Shown piece by piece: positions 1 to 10,616 of a DNA stretch of 64,000 nt. The translations under genes and the position numbers were made by a program. Under the pieces are notes generated by a model that worked only from the letters and a program-made list of their open reading frames with translations, made no database searches and was not told the origin of the DNA. The stretch is taken from the IMG/VR virus record IMGVR_UViG_3300046703_000335, positions 1 to 64,000 of that record. One strand, given 5' to 3'. Position 1 is the stretch's first letter; every line of letters starts with the position of its first letter.

Positions 1-3000
1 GTACCAGAAGTAGCTATAGCTACGAATATCCCATTACCATAGCACACTGAACTCCAGCTATTATCCGCTGCTGAAGTTCTTGAAGTCCAAGTTCTCCCAT
101 TGGAAATGACTTGATCAGCTGATATTGTATCTTGTACATCAAGAGCAGTGACAGGACCAGTTACTCCGATACCTACGTTACCATTATCAAGTATTGATAC
201 TTTAGGGGCACCAGTTGAATCAGCTACTTGGAGAGCCATTCCAAGACCTGTACCAGAACCATGAACATCGAGACGTGCAGAAGGACTTATTCCTGTCACG
301 CCAAGACCTATACCTACATCACCAGAAAAAATAGTCGGTCCATTATACTTATTGTTTGTAGGAGGTGTGTAAGTAAGAGCCTTACCGTTGGTCATTACCC
401 TATTACCTGTACCAGTTTGTGCTATAGCTACAAAAAGACCATTTCCATAACAAACGGAGTACCAGTTATTATCCGCTGCACTGGTTTGAATAGCCCAGTT
501 GATTCCATCTGATGAGGTCATCACCCTGTTACCTACCCCACTTTGAGCTACAGTAACAAACAATCCGTTTCCATAACAAACCGAAACCCATTGATTATCC
601 GCTGCACTGGTTCTAACTGTCCAATTGATTCCATTTGGACTGGTCATTACCCTATTATTCGTACCCGAAGCCGCTACAGCAACAAATAATCCGTTTCCAT
701 AACAGATGCCATACCAGTTGTTATCCACTGCACTGGTTTGAATAGTCCAGTTGATACCATCGGAAGAGGTCATCACTCTATTACCAGTACCACTATAGGC
801 TATAGCAACAAATAATCCGTTTCCATAGCACACTCCAAACCAGTTGTTATCCGCTGCACTGGTTCTAATTGTCCAATTGATTCCATTTGGACTGGTCATT
901 ACCCTGTTACCCGTACCACTATAGGCTACAGCAACAAATAATCCGTTTCCATAACAGATGCCATACCAGTTATTATCCGCTGCACTGGTTTGAATAGTCC
1001 AGTTGATACCATCGGAAGAGGTCATCACTCTGTTCCCAGTACCACTACTTGCTACGGCTACGAATAAGCCATTACCATAACAAACGGAGTACCAATTATT
1101 ATCCGCTGCACTGGTTTGAATAGCCCAGTTGATTCCATCTGATGAGGTCATCACCCTGTTACCTGTTCCTGTACCTGCTACGGCTACGAATAAGCCATTA
1201 CCATAGCAGACACTATACCATTGGTTATCAACAGCAGAAGTTCTTGTGGTCCAGGTTCTTCCACTGGATATGACTTGATCAGCAGATATTGTACCTAATA
1301 CATCAAGAGCATAATTAGGACCGGTTACTCCGATACCTACGTTACCATTATCAAAGATAGACAACTTAGCAGAGCCATTTGAATCCGCTACTTGAAAAGC
1401 CATCCCTGTAGCTGTTCCGGAACCATGCACATCTAATCTGGCAGATGGACCGGTTGTACCAATACCTACATCACCAGTACTTTTAATACGTGCAGCAATT
1501 CTACTACCACCTGGATGAACAACACTAATCTGCATACCTACTCTGGGGTACACACTCCAAGATTCATTTCCTATATCAGTTTCGCATATGCTCTGTATAG
1601 ATGCTTCTCTGGTTTCTATACGTAACGCCAGTTTAGTACCAGCTTGATTGTTCGCAGTAGGAGCTCCTATAGTGCTTAGTGCTAATACAGGAGGAGTAGT
1701 GGTTACATCATAAAGGTGTAACTTACTAAGTGGACCGGTTACTCCGATGCCTACATTTCCATTATCAAGTATTGATACTTTAGGGGCACCAGTTGAATCA
1801 GCTATTTGGAGAGCCATTCCAAGACCTGTACCAGAACCATGAACATCGAGACGTGCAGAAGGGCTTATCCCTGTCACGCCAAGACCTACACCAATGTCAC
1901 CAGTAAAGATAGTAATACCATTATATTGATTGTTTGACGATGGACCATCGTTCAAGGCCTTACCGCTGGTCATCACTCGATTACCAGTACCTGTAACTGC
2001 TATTACTACAAAAAGCCCATTATTATAGCATATGCCACGCCAGTTATTATCTGCTGCGGAAGTTTGAATAGCCCAGTTAATACCATCTGGACTGGTCATC
2101 ACTCGATTACCAATACCAGTAAATGCCACAGCTACAAAAAGCCCATTGCCATAACACAATGAAATCCAGCTATTATCTGCTGCTGAATTTCTTAAAGTCC
2201 AATTAAATCCATCTGGACTGGTCATCACTCGATCACCAGTGCCTGAAGTGGCTACTGCTACAAGAAGTCCGTTGCCATAGCATACTGAACGCCACTCATT
2301 ATCCGCAGCACTGGATCTTGCGGTCCAGGAGATTCCATCTGGACTGGTCATCACTCGATTACCAGTACCTGAATAAGCTACCGAAACAAACAAACCATTA
2401 CCATAGCATACTGAACGCCATAGATTATTTTGGATATTACTTCCCATATTCCAAATAATTCCATCTGAACTGGTCATCACTGCATTACTTGTACCGGAAG
2501 GCGCTATTGCCACGAATAAACCGTTACCATAACACACAGATATCCAACCAAGATCTATATTAGCGGTTTGAGATGTCCAAATAATACCATTTGGACTGAT
2601 CATCACTCTATTACCAACCCCGCTACTTGCTACTGCTACAAACAACCCATTACCATAACATACGGAATTCCACATATTATCCGCTGCACTGGATCTAAGA
2701 GTCCAGTTGATACCATCAGGAGAGGTCATCACCCTATTTCCAGTACCTGTATCTGATATTGCTACGAATAAACCATTACCATAACACACGCTATACCAAT
2801 CATTATCCGCAGCACTGGTTTGGATCGTCCAGGTTCTACCGCTGGAAATGACCTGATCAGCAGATATAGTGCCCAGTACGTCAAGAGCACTAACAGGACC
2901 AGTTACTCCAATACCTACATTTCCATTTAATGTTGATATAGGGCTAATACCTAAAGTCTGAATTCCTGTATATGACGGTATAAAATCAGCGATTCCTGCC

Positions 3001-3476
3001 CCAATGACCGCAGCACCCTTAATACCTATGTACCGATATCCGGAAATTTTAAATGGCTTAGTAAATGCTCCTGTAGATGCACTAAATGTTAAGATACCCG
3101 TCTGATAGTCAAATATCCAGTTTGAAATGTCCGTAGGGAAAATTTCGGTATTATTATTATCATACAAATGTACTTTGTATAAATCCCCATATTTATCACT
3201 AATCCAATCTTTCAATCTATTACCACCTGAATAGGCATAATAGCATTGTTGACTCGCTACTGAGGTATCTTCCGTTAATGTGAATAAAGTATACTGTGAG
3301 GCCACTCCAGCAGCTACTGCTACCGCTGGATCAGATGAGATATTCTCAACCCAAATCTCACTATTATGGACATTAACAGTGTTGTCTCCGAATTCTTCAT
3401 AGAATCCTTTAGAACTTGAAGTAGCCCTTTTATTTATTAATGTTTTAAAAGATTTATCCTCTTTAGACCAAGCCAC
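1..3476 (-). CDS. Tail fibre/receptor-binding protein with tandem 7-repeat beta-propeller blocks and GNVGIG spacer modules (runs off the window start; absent from the ORF track)
   Basis: Manual translation: GGAGG SD then GTG at 3474-3476, MAWSKEDKSFKTLINKRA...; frame at base 1 is consistent. About 42-aa repeats W..VCYGNGLFVAV..G.GNRVMTSPDG..WT in blocks of 7, separated by GNVGIGVTGP segments. Confidence 0.85.
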   Translation of the reverse strand, partial: MAWSKEDKSFKTLINKRATSSSKGFYEEFGDNTVNVHNSEIWVENISSDPAVAVAAGVASQYTLFTLTEDTSVASQQCYYAYSGGNRLKDWISDKYGDLYKVHLYDNNNTEIFPTDISNWIFDYQTGILTFSASTGAFTKPFKISGYRYIGIKGAAVIGAGIADFIPSYTGIQTLGISPISTLNGNVGIGVTGPVSALDVLGTISADQVISSGRTWTIQTSAADNDWYSVCYGNGLFVAISDTGTGNRVMTSPDGINWTLRSSAADNMWNSVCYGNGLFVAVASSGVGNRVMISPNGIIWTSQTANIDLGWISVCYGNGLFVAIAPSGTSNAVMTSSDGIIWNMGSNIQNNLWRSVCYGNGLFVSVAYSGTGNRVMTSPDGISWTARSSAADNEWRSVCYGNGLLVAVATSGTGDRVMTSPDGFNWTLRNSAADNSWISLCYGNGLFVAVAFTGIGNRVMTSPDGINWAIQTSAADNNWRGICYNNGLFVVIAVTGTGNRVMTSGKALNDGPSSNNQYNGITIFTGDIGVGLGVTGISPSARLDVHGSGTGLGMALQIADSTGAPKVSILDNGNVGIGVTGPLSKLHLYDVTTTPPVLALSTIGAPTANNQAGTKLALRIETREASIQSICETDIGNESWSVYPRVGMQISVVHPGGSRIAARIKSTGDVGIGTTGPSARLDVHGSGTATGMAFQVADSNGSAKLSIFDNGNVGIGVTGPNYALDVLGTISADQVISSGRTWTTRTSAVDNQWYSVCYGNGLFVAVAGTGTGNRVMTSSDGINWAIQTSAADNNWYSVCYGNGLFVAVASSGTGNRVMTSSDGINWTIQTSAADNNWYGICYGNGLFVAVAYSGTGNRVMTSPNGINWTIRTSAADNNWFGVCYGNGLFVAIAYSGTGNRVMTSSDGINWTIQTSAVDNNWYGICYGNGLFVAVAASGTNNRVMTSPNGINWTVRTSAADNQWVSVCYGNGLFVTVAQSGVGNRVMTSSDGINWAIQTSAADNNWYSVCYGNGLFVAIAQTGTGNRVMTNGKALTYTPPTNNKYNGPTIFSGDVGIGLGVTGISPSARLDVHGSGTGLGMALQVADSTGAPKVSILDNGNVGIGVTGPVTALDVQDTISADQVISNGRTWTSRTSAADNSWSSVCYGNGIFVAIATSG

Positions 3477-3500
3477 GACAACCTCCCAATATTAAGATCC

Positions 3501-3569
3501 TTAAATAACCATTATTGATACTTTACTTGCCGAAATATTCTTTAAAATAACCCTAATAAAAACAACAGG
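3501..3569 (-). repeat. In-frame diverged copy of the last 22 codons of the 686-aa gene, directly after its TAG stop
   Basis: Translates PVVFIRVILKNISASKVSIMVI* versus the gene C-terminus GVVFIKVTLRNSSAAKASQMVIVGL*. Confidence 0.8.
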
Positions 3570-5630
3570 CTATAACCCAACAATTACCATTTGAGAAGCT
3601 TTAGCAGCTGATGAGTTTCTTAATGTAACTTTAATAAATACCACACCATTCGAGTTAGTGGAAGTAGCTGTCCCGAAAGTAAGGGATAGTATACCTCCAC
3701 TACAACTACCATCATTTCGACAACCATTACCATCCCCAAAACTTCTGCCACAATCTAACCACACTGTTTCACTTGGTAACCTTACTTCAATATTCAAATT
3801 TCCACTACCCACAGCAGAAATATTTGTATAGAGTATACCGGTAAAAGTTATACGCATACTTGAATGTGCTACTCCAATATTTGAAGCCCAAACAATCACC
3901 TGATCTCCCGAAAAAGCGCTATAATCTGTACTAACCCCTTGTGCAGGTAAATAACCAGTTGTGTAATTTATTAAAGGATAATACCATGTTGAATTATACA
4001 GCTGTCCATTACCGTTTGTAAGTGCATCTGAGCTAACCCAATCACCCGTAGGATCACTATAGCCTACAGGAATAAGTGAAAAATCATTTGAAAGCTTCCA
4101 ACGATACTCTTCATCAAACATGGTTATGGTACCATTACTACTATAACCAACAGAATATGTATTTAGTAATCTATTCTGAGAGATTGATGTAGAAGAAGCA
4201 GTAGCACCATTAGGTTTAGTACCTGTTACAGTTAATCGAGAGTCTATACTGTATACATTTGATAAACTTATGGTAATCAAAGGGCTAAAAGCATAGGAGT
4301 CATTATATGCAAAAGTGGCTCCTGCAATTGCAATATTAGTTGAATTAATTCCAGACATAACATAAGAAATAGGATTTGTTGGACGGATTGCTTTATTTGC
4401 AATATTAGTTATAGTACTTGAGGAATCAAATGTATCCCCCGTTCCATAGTATCTAATTCCTGAAAGATATCGAGAACTTGATAAAGTATTCTGGGTCACA
4501 GTTGGCGTTGTCACTCCAGGTGTAGCATTGACATTATCATACCAAAAAAGTGAATCAGATGTCAGTTGATTCACTGTAGCGGTTTGATACCTCATAGCAT
4601 GTCTTTTAAAACCCTCTGATGTCTGAGTGTAATTAATCTGTGCATTAGCTTTTCGCCATATTGTATTATAAATTACTATCGAAGTGATCTGTATATTACC
4701 CGTTATACCTACCCCAGATAAGATACTCCGAAAAGAATCGTCAACACCATCTAAGACATGATAAACTGTGCCTTCATCACCACCAAATGTTGACCCACAT
4801 TTAAATGTTGTTGTTGGGTTTGCATTAGATAGGTTATAAGTATTATCAATAACATAATCTGTAACTGTATTCCCTGCAACTACGCCATTCTGGTACCATT
4901 CTGCAGTAAGACCTGTAGGTAATATTGCTGAATACTTAGTTGTACTACTCAGAACTAAAGAGCTAGTTAAGACTCCTGGTGGAGTGGGAGCTATAGCTAA
5001 TAAAATTTCGTTCACATCATCGAGACCATTAGTAACAAGCGTACTAGCTTCCCAAGGAAATATACCATCTGAAAAAGAACCATCAGTGGGTAATCCCATA
5101 GGCAACTGATTACCAAAATAGATACCAACGCCACCAGTTACACCCTGAAATCCTGTTAGCCCTTGAAATCCAGTGACACCCCCAGAACCTCCTGACCCGC
5201 CTGTAGAACCCATAGAGCCATCAGTACTTACACCAACACTTCGCCATATATCATTAGTATAATCATATCCCTGAATTTGTACAGAGTTAAGCATGCTAAC
5301 TTGATCAGCTAATGAAGGTATGTATCTTGTTTCTCCAGGATTAGCAGCATCCTCTAATCCATTAACCAATACACCCTTTAATCTTAAATAGAAGTCACTG
5401 TCATTAGTAAGACCTATAACTTCTCTTTTAAATTTATAAAAAACTGATCTATTACTATAAGTAGCATCCGGGGAATTTAAAATGTATGAAACTACTAATG
5501 TTTCACCAAACATAGTAGGATCAGAAGACCAATACAAGTTAATAGCAGGATATAAAGTAGTAGGATCAAAATCCCAAAATATTTTTATCTCTGAATCATT
5601 ATAAGATATCTGAATCGATGGTGCTGCCAT
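3570..5630 (-). CDS. Putative virion structural (tail/baseplate) protein, 686 aa
   Basis: Long Ser/Thr/Gly-rich beta-type ORF with a short GxT collagen stretch, within the tail block; SD AAGGAG. Confidence 0.6.
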   Translation of the reverse strand: MAAPSIQISYNDSEIKIFWDFDPTTLYPAINLYWSSDPTMFGETLVVSYILNSPDATYSNRSVFYKFKREVIGLTNDSDFYLRLKGVLVNGLEDAANPGETRYIPSLADQVSMLNSVQIQGYDYTNDIWRSVGVSTDGSMGSTGGSGGSGGVTGFQGLTGFQGVTGGVGIYFGNQLPMGLPTDGSFSDGIFPWEASTLVTNGLDDVNEILLAIAPTPPGVLTSSLVLSSTTKYSAILPTGLTAEWYQNGVVAGNTVTDYVIDNTYNLSNANPTTTFKCGSTFGGDEGTVYHVLDGVDDSFRSILSGVGITGNIQITSIVIYNTIWRKANAQINYTQTSEGFKRHAMRYQTATVNQLTSDSLFWYDNVNATPGVTTPTVTQNTLSSSRYLSGIRYYGTGDTFDSSSTITNIANKAIRPTNPISYVMSGINSTNIAIAGATFAYNDSYAFSPLITISLSNVYSIDSRLTVTGTKPNGATASSTSISQNRLLNTYSVGYSSNGTITMFDEEYRWKLSNDFSLIPVGYSDPTGDWVSSDALTNGNGQLYNSTWYYPLINYTTGYLPAQGVSTDYSAFSGDQVIVWASNIGVAHSSMRITFTGILYTNISAVGSGNLNIEVRLPSETVWLDCGRSFGDGNGCRNDGSCSGGILSLTFGTATSTNSNGVVFIKVTLRNSSAAKASQMVIVGL

Positions 5631-5677
5631 TATAGAACTCCTTTTTCAAGGATAAAAAAATTAGCAGATTATTATTA

Positions 5678-7315
5678 TTAAGATCTATAAGACTCTAAAA
5701 TCTTATTACAAACATCCTCTACCGAAGGTAGATATTGATCCCAATCACCATCTTTAGTCTCTGCAGTAGCGCCACCCTCTAACCAAGTTGTAGGACGCTG
5801 ATCACAATCATCTAAGGTTAGTTTCTTGTACAAACTTACTGCTTTATGATAGTTACTTATTTTTCCATCAGGACATCTTCTAAAAGGTAGAATATGATCT
5901 GGATGCTTACATGTAGGTATTACAAATATCCAGTTATCAAAAGCTCCAGCTATATGTATTGGGGCAGAATCATTAGAGAGGAGCACTGGGGATCTTGAAA
6001 TTGCAGCGATAAGAGTTCCGATCGTAGTTCGATCTATAAGATTTATAGAATTAGCTGGAAGATCTAATTGAAAAGATCCCCTATTACTATGATCATCTGT
6101 TCCTATTAAACATACCGGGATCTCTTTTGATATCTTATCAACTACCTCTTGCCACCATTCAATAGGAAAAGTCTTCGAAGCCCAGTGTCGCCCTGGATGT
6201 ATCATAACTGCCTTTTTAAGATCAAAACCATTAAGAACATTGTCTAACTCTAAGTTATCTTCTTCCGTTATATCTAATTTTATTATCTTATCTGATAAAG
6301 GAAGTATTCTCTGCAGAGATGCTATAGAGCAGTAGTCTACAGTATGGCACATAAGATTTGAGACAACTGAATAAGTTACAGTTGTAGGATCAGGAAAAGT
6401 TTTCATTTCGTAAAAAGGAATATGTTCCGATGGAATGAATTCCTTATGCTCATATATGTCAAAATGATCTAAGTGGTTAAATAAACGGGGCCAATGTGTG
6501 GTAACTATAATGTCTGCTGTATCCTTGTAGATTTTATTTATAAATCGTAAGGTAGGTTCAGCACAAATTTGATCCCCCATACCCCCAGAGACTACCAAGG
6601 CTATTTTCCTTTTGTACCTATATCCTGGGCTATTTTCTTTCCACTTTTTCAAATCTCCTTGTACAATTTCTAATATTTCCCCTGGCTTAGTAAAATAATG
6701 ATACCCTGCATAGTGTATAATGTATGAAGCGTAGCGTATTTCCCCACTAAAGTCTAAACAAGTCATTCTATTAAAATGATATGAAAGATCGAACATTAAT
6801 GAAGAATCTTCTTTTGTCCTATAAGATTCCTCTAAGGATATCTTAAGATTAAGATATCCTTGTTCATAAAAATTTGAAAATTCTATTTCAGGTTTTTTAA
6901 AGTATCTTCTATGACATTTACTTATAACTAATACCCCAGTATTATAGTACTTACCATTCCATACTATCTTAGAAGGATCTATACCATATGCTTTAGCAGT
7001 TTCTATAAGAGAATATTCTCTTTGCACAAATTTTGCTTCATTAAAAGCCCCGAGCTGATTGTACGGGACTATTTCAAAAAGATCAGGACAATCTTCCCGT
7101 ACAATTAAATCTGTATCTAAGTAAATGACTCTATCATAACTATTTAAAATATTATATATTGCAAATTTTTCCCAATGAGGAGTAGTCTTACAGTCATTTA
7201 AGACAATAAAGTCTGCACCGATTCGCTCTGCATAATTCTTTAAAGTAGGGTGGGTGAAATTTGCAAGGTCTGAAAATTCCTCTCCTATACAGATGGTAAC
7301 TATTGCTTTTTTCAT
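5678..7315 (-). CDS. Two-domain glycosyltransferase: N-terminal GT8-like (GT-A) plus C-terminal GT9/heptosyltransferase-like (GT-B)
   Basis: YLDTD DxD motif, YYNTGVLV, EQGYLN and HYAG in the N-half; GGMGD, HPG...SKTFP and NDSAPIHIAGA in the C-half. Confidence 0.8.
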   Translation of the reverse strand: MKKAIVTICIGEEFSDLANFTHPTLKNYAERIGADFIVLNDCKTTPHWEKFAIYNILNSYDRVIYLDTDLIVREDCPDLFEIVPYNQLGAFNEAKFVQREYSLIETAKAYGIDPSKIVWNGKYYNTGVLVISKCHRRYFKKPEIEFSNFYEQGYLNLKISLEESYRTKEDSSLMFDLSYHFNRMTCLDFSGEIRYASYIIHYAGYHYFTKPGEILEIVQGDLKKWKENSPGYRYKRKIALVVSGGMGDQICAEPTLRFINKIYKDTADIIVTTHWPRLFNHLDHFDIYEHKEFIPSEHIPFYEMKTFPDPTTVTYSVVSNLMCHTVDYCSIASLQRILPLSDKIIKLDITEEDNLELDNVLNGFDLKKAVMIHPGRHWASKTFPIEWWQEVVDKISKEIPVCLIGTDDHSNRGSFQLDLPANSINLIDRTTIGTLIAAISRSPVLLSNDSAPIHIAGAFDNWIFVIPTCKHPDHILPFRRCPDGKISNYHKAVSLYKKLTLDDCDQRPTTWLEGGATAETKDGDWDQYLPSVEDVCNKILESYRS

Positions 7316-7350
7316 ATATTATTTCCTTTTATATTATGTAGATATATATT

Positions 7351-10300
7351 TTATAATACACGTTCAATAACAGCATTTTGAATCAAAAGAATATTAGTTG
7401 CACTAGCCGTTTGCCATTGAGCGGTTATCTTTACTATTGGAGATACACTAGTAGTATCAACTACAGATGTAGCATCCCCACCCTGATATGCCTTTGTTTC
7501 TGCAGTATCTGAGGTATGTACTTGAAAAATCCCTGTTGATATATATGTTCCATTAGAACCTGTTGACCGTACTGTTGCGATGCCATAGAATTCCATAAAT
7601 GTCTGACTTATAGCTGTACCACTCGATGCTAATAAAATAGATTGACCAGCATTAGCTCCTATATACATCTTAAATGTTAAGGTACCTGAAGTAGCTTGAC
7701 TCTGAAGGGTACCAAAAAAATAAAATTTAAAAGTTGAACCAACAAACAAAGAACCCTGAGGTAAAGTGTATGTTAGAATAGTAGTTTCAGCGTCAGTATT
7801 TGAGACACTTATTTGCGTAGAAGCTGCGGTAATCCCAGAACTAACTCCCTGTATGCCTGTTAAACCAATTAATCCTGTCATGCCTTGAGAGCCGGTAACT
7901 CCTTGGGAACCTGTTAAGCCAATTAATCCGGTAGCTCCTTGAAAACCCACTAAACCGGTTAAGCCTTGAGAGCCAGTCTGACCGACTAACCCAGTTATAC
8001 CTTGAGACCCAGTTTCTCCTTGATCTCCTTGGTTACCATCAAGACCATCTATACCTTGTAAGCCGGTAGCTCCTTGAGTACCTGTCAACCCAATTAATCC
8101 AGTAGTACCTTGTATTCCCTGAAATCCAGTTTCACCAATAACTGAAAGGCCCGTGATACCTTGTGATCCCGTAATTCCTGTTATTGAAAGACCAGTGGCT
8201 CCCTGGGCACCAGTTTCACCCTTTACACCGGTAACACCAGAAAGACCTGTCAAACCCTGATGACCGGTTTCTCCCTGATCACCTTGACTACCATCTATAC
8301 CTTGTAAACCTGTAGTGCCTTGAGTACCCGTTAACCCAATTAAACCTGTAGTGCCTTGTATTCCTTGAGTACCAGTTATTCCCTGAGATCCAGTTTCCCC
8401 TATGACTGAAAAGCCTGTGATACCCTGAATACCTGTTTCACCCGTGATAGATAAACCTGTGATACCCTGAGTACCTGTTTCACCCTTCACACCTGTAACA
8501 CCGGAAAGACCTGTTAGTCCTATTAATCCTGTTTCTCCCTGTATTCCTTGAGATCCAGTAACTCCTTGTATCCCCTGAGCACCAGTTAGTCCTATTTTTC
8601 CAGTTTCTCCAACAATGGAAAGACCTGTAATTCCTTGAGAGCCTGTATTTCCAACTATACCAGTTTCTCCTATAATAGAAATACCGGTTGTTCCATGAGA
8701 GCCCGTCTGACCAATTACTCCGGTTATGCCTTGGAATCCTGTTTCTCCAACAATGGAAAGACCTGTAATTCCTTGGAACCCCATAATACCCTGAGAGCCC
8801 GTCTCACCTTGAGCCCCTGTTAATCCTATTATTCCTGAGGCACCTTGAATACCCGTTTCACCAACTATTGACAGTCCTGTGATACCTTGAGAACCGATTG
8901 TTCCTAAACCTGTTATTCCCTGGGCACCTGTAGCTCCTTGAAAACCTGTTTCACCTATAATAGAGAGACCTGTGATACCTTGAGTACCTGTCTCTCCTAT
9001 AACTCCGGTTGTTCCCTGAACACCTGTCCCACCAACCACAGATATGCCCGTTAAACCTTGAGTGCCTGTCTGACCGATTAACCCGGTTATACCTTGATCT
9101 CCTTGGTTACCATCAAGACCATCTATACCTTGTAAGCCTGTAGCTCCTTGAGTACCCGTCAACCCAATTAAACCAGTAGTGCCTTGTATTCCTTGAATAC
9201 CTGTTTCTCCCTGAGATCCAGTTTCTCCTATGACGGAAAGGCCCGTTACACCCTGATGACCGGTTATTCCCTGGAATCCTGTCTGACCAACTATTCCGGT
9301 TATTCCTTGAAACCCGGTTTCACCAATAACGGAAAGGCCTGTGATACCTTGTGACCCAGTTATTGAGAGACCTATGACTCCTTGAATACCGGTTTCACCC
9401 GTGATAGATAAACCTTGAATACCGGTTTCACCCTTCACACCTGTAACACCATAAAAACCGGTCAAGCCCTGATGACCGGTTTCTCCCTGATCACCTTGGT
9501 TACCATCAAGACCATCTATACCCTGTAAGCCTGTGGCTCCTTGAGTACCCGTCAACCCAATTAAACCAGTAGTACCTTGTATTCCTTGAGTACCTGTGAT
9601 ACCCTGAAATCCAGTTTCACCAATAACTGAAAGGCCTGTGATACCTTGGAATCCTGTCTGACCAACTATCCCGGTTATTCCTTGAAACCCAGTTTCACCA
9701 ATAACTGAAAGGCCCGTAATACCTTGTGACCCAGTTATTCCAGTTATTGAAAGACCTGTGGCTCCCTGGACACCGGTTTCACCCGTGATAGATAAACCTT
9801 GAATACCGGTTTCACCTTTCACACCTGTAACACCAGAAAGACCTGTTACTCCTATTAAGCCTGTTACTCCTTGAACTCCAGTTTCACTCTGTATACCTGT
9901 AATACCAATTACAGATGCACCGGTATAACCTTGAATACCGGTCAAGCCCTGAGAACCAGTTTCTCCAATAGCAGTTGCGGTACCAGGAATACCAGTGATT
10001 CCTTGAGAACCTGTATATCCAATCAGCCCTTGGATTCCCGTTTCTCCAACTACTGAATAACCTGTTATTCCCTGAGATCCCTGAGATCCCTGAGGTCCAA
10101 TTTCTCCAGATACCCCTGTATCTCCCTGAAAACCCATTGAGCCTTGAAGACCGGTATCTCCCTGTATGCCAATTTGACCCTGACAACCTGTAGGACCCGG
10201 TAAACCTGTATCTCCTTGAGGGCCACCAAATGCTCCAGTTATACCTACTAAGCCGGTCACCCCAACAATGGATAAACCTGTTTGACCCTGAGAACCTGTA

Positions 10301-10605
10301 TCTCCCTGACAACCTGTATCTCCCTGAGGACCTGTAGGGCCTGGTAATCCTGTATCTCCCTGAGGACCACCAAATGCTCCAGTTATACCAACTAAGCCGG
10401 TCACCCCAACAATGGATAAACCTGTTTGACCCTGACAACCCGTATCTCCCTGACAACCTGTATCTCCCTGATAACCTGTAGGGCCTGGTAATCCTGTATC
10501 TCCCTGAATACCCACAGAACCCTGTATCCCTTGAATACCTTGAGGTCCTTTTATTGATATATTAAGAAATTTATTACTAACAATACGTTCGTCTATATAT
10601 GGCAT
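7351..10605 (-). CDS. Collagen-like tail fibre protein, 1084 aa
   Basis: About 900 residues of G-x-T/G-x-Q repeats plus a globular C-terminal domain. Confidence 0.85.
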   Translation of the reverse strand: MPYIDERIVSNKFLNISIKGPQGIQGIQGSVGIQGDTGLPGPTGYQGDTGCQGDTGCQGQTGLSIVGVTGLVGITGAFGGPQGDTGLPGPTGPQGDTGCQGDTGSQGQTGLSIVGVTGLVGITGAFGGPQGDTGLPGPTGCQGQIGIQGDTGLQGSMGFQGDTGVSGEIGPQGSQGSQGITGYSVVGETGIQGLIGYTGSQGITGIPGTATAIGETGSQGLTGIQGYTGASVIGITGIQSETGVQGVTGLIGVTGLSGVTGVKGETGIQGLSITGETGVQGATGLSITGITGSQGITGLSVIGETGFQGITGIVGQTGFQGITGLSVIGETGFQGITGTQGIQGTTGLIGLTGTQGATGLQGIDGLDGNQGDQGETGHQGLTGFYGVTGVKGETGIQGLSITGETGIQGVIGLSITGSQGITGLSVIGETGFQGITGIVGQTGFQGITGHQGVTGLSVIGETGSQGETGIQGIQGTTGLIGLTGTQGATGLQGIDGLDGNQGDQGITGLIGQTGTQGLTGISVVGGTGVQGTTGVIGETGTQGITGLSIIGETGFQGATGAQGITGLGTIGSQGITGLSIVGETGIQGASGIIGLTGAQGETGSQGIMGFQGITGLSIVGETGFQGITGVIGQTGSHGTTGISIIGETGIVGNTGSQGITGLSIVGETGKIGLTGAQGIQGVTGSQGIQGETGLIGLTGLSGVTGVKGETGTQGITGLSITGETGIQGITGFSVIGETGSQGITGTQGIQGTTGLIGLTGTQGTTGLQGIDGSQGDQGETGHQGLTGLSGVTGVKGETGAQGATGLSITGITGSQGITGLSVIGETGFQGIQGTTGLIGLTGTQGATGLQGIDGLDGNQGDQGETGSQGITGLVGQTGSQGLTGLVGFQGATGLIGLTGSQGVTGSQGMTGLIGLTGIQGVSSGITAASTQISVSNTDAETTILTYTLPQGSLFVGSTFKFYFFGTLQSQATSGTLTFKMYIGANAGQSILLASSGTAISQTFMEFYGIATVRSTGSNGTYISTGIFQVHTSDTAETKAYQGGDATSVVDTTSVSPIVKITAQWQTASATNILLIQNAVIERVL

Positions 10606-10616
10606 TTTTACCTCTT

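Noticed and set aside
1-3476. Diversity-generating retroelement in the fibre repeats
   Set aside because: No reverse transcriptase in the window, and repeat differences are not adenine-specific
3570-3572. Genome-wide TAG recoding as the explanation for the in-frame extension
   Set aside because: Genes are long and intact in the standard code, TAG also ends other genes (for example at 54777), and no suppressor tRNA is in the window
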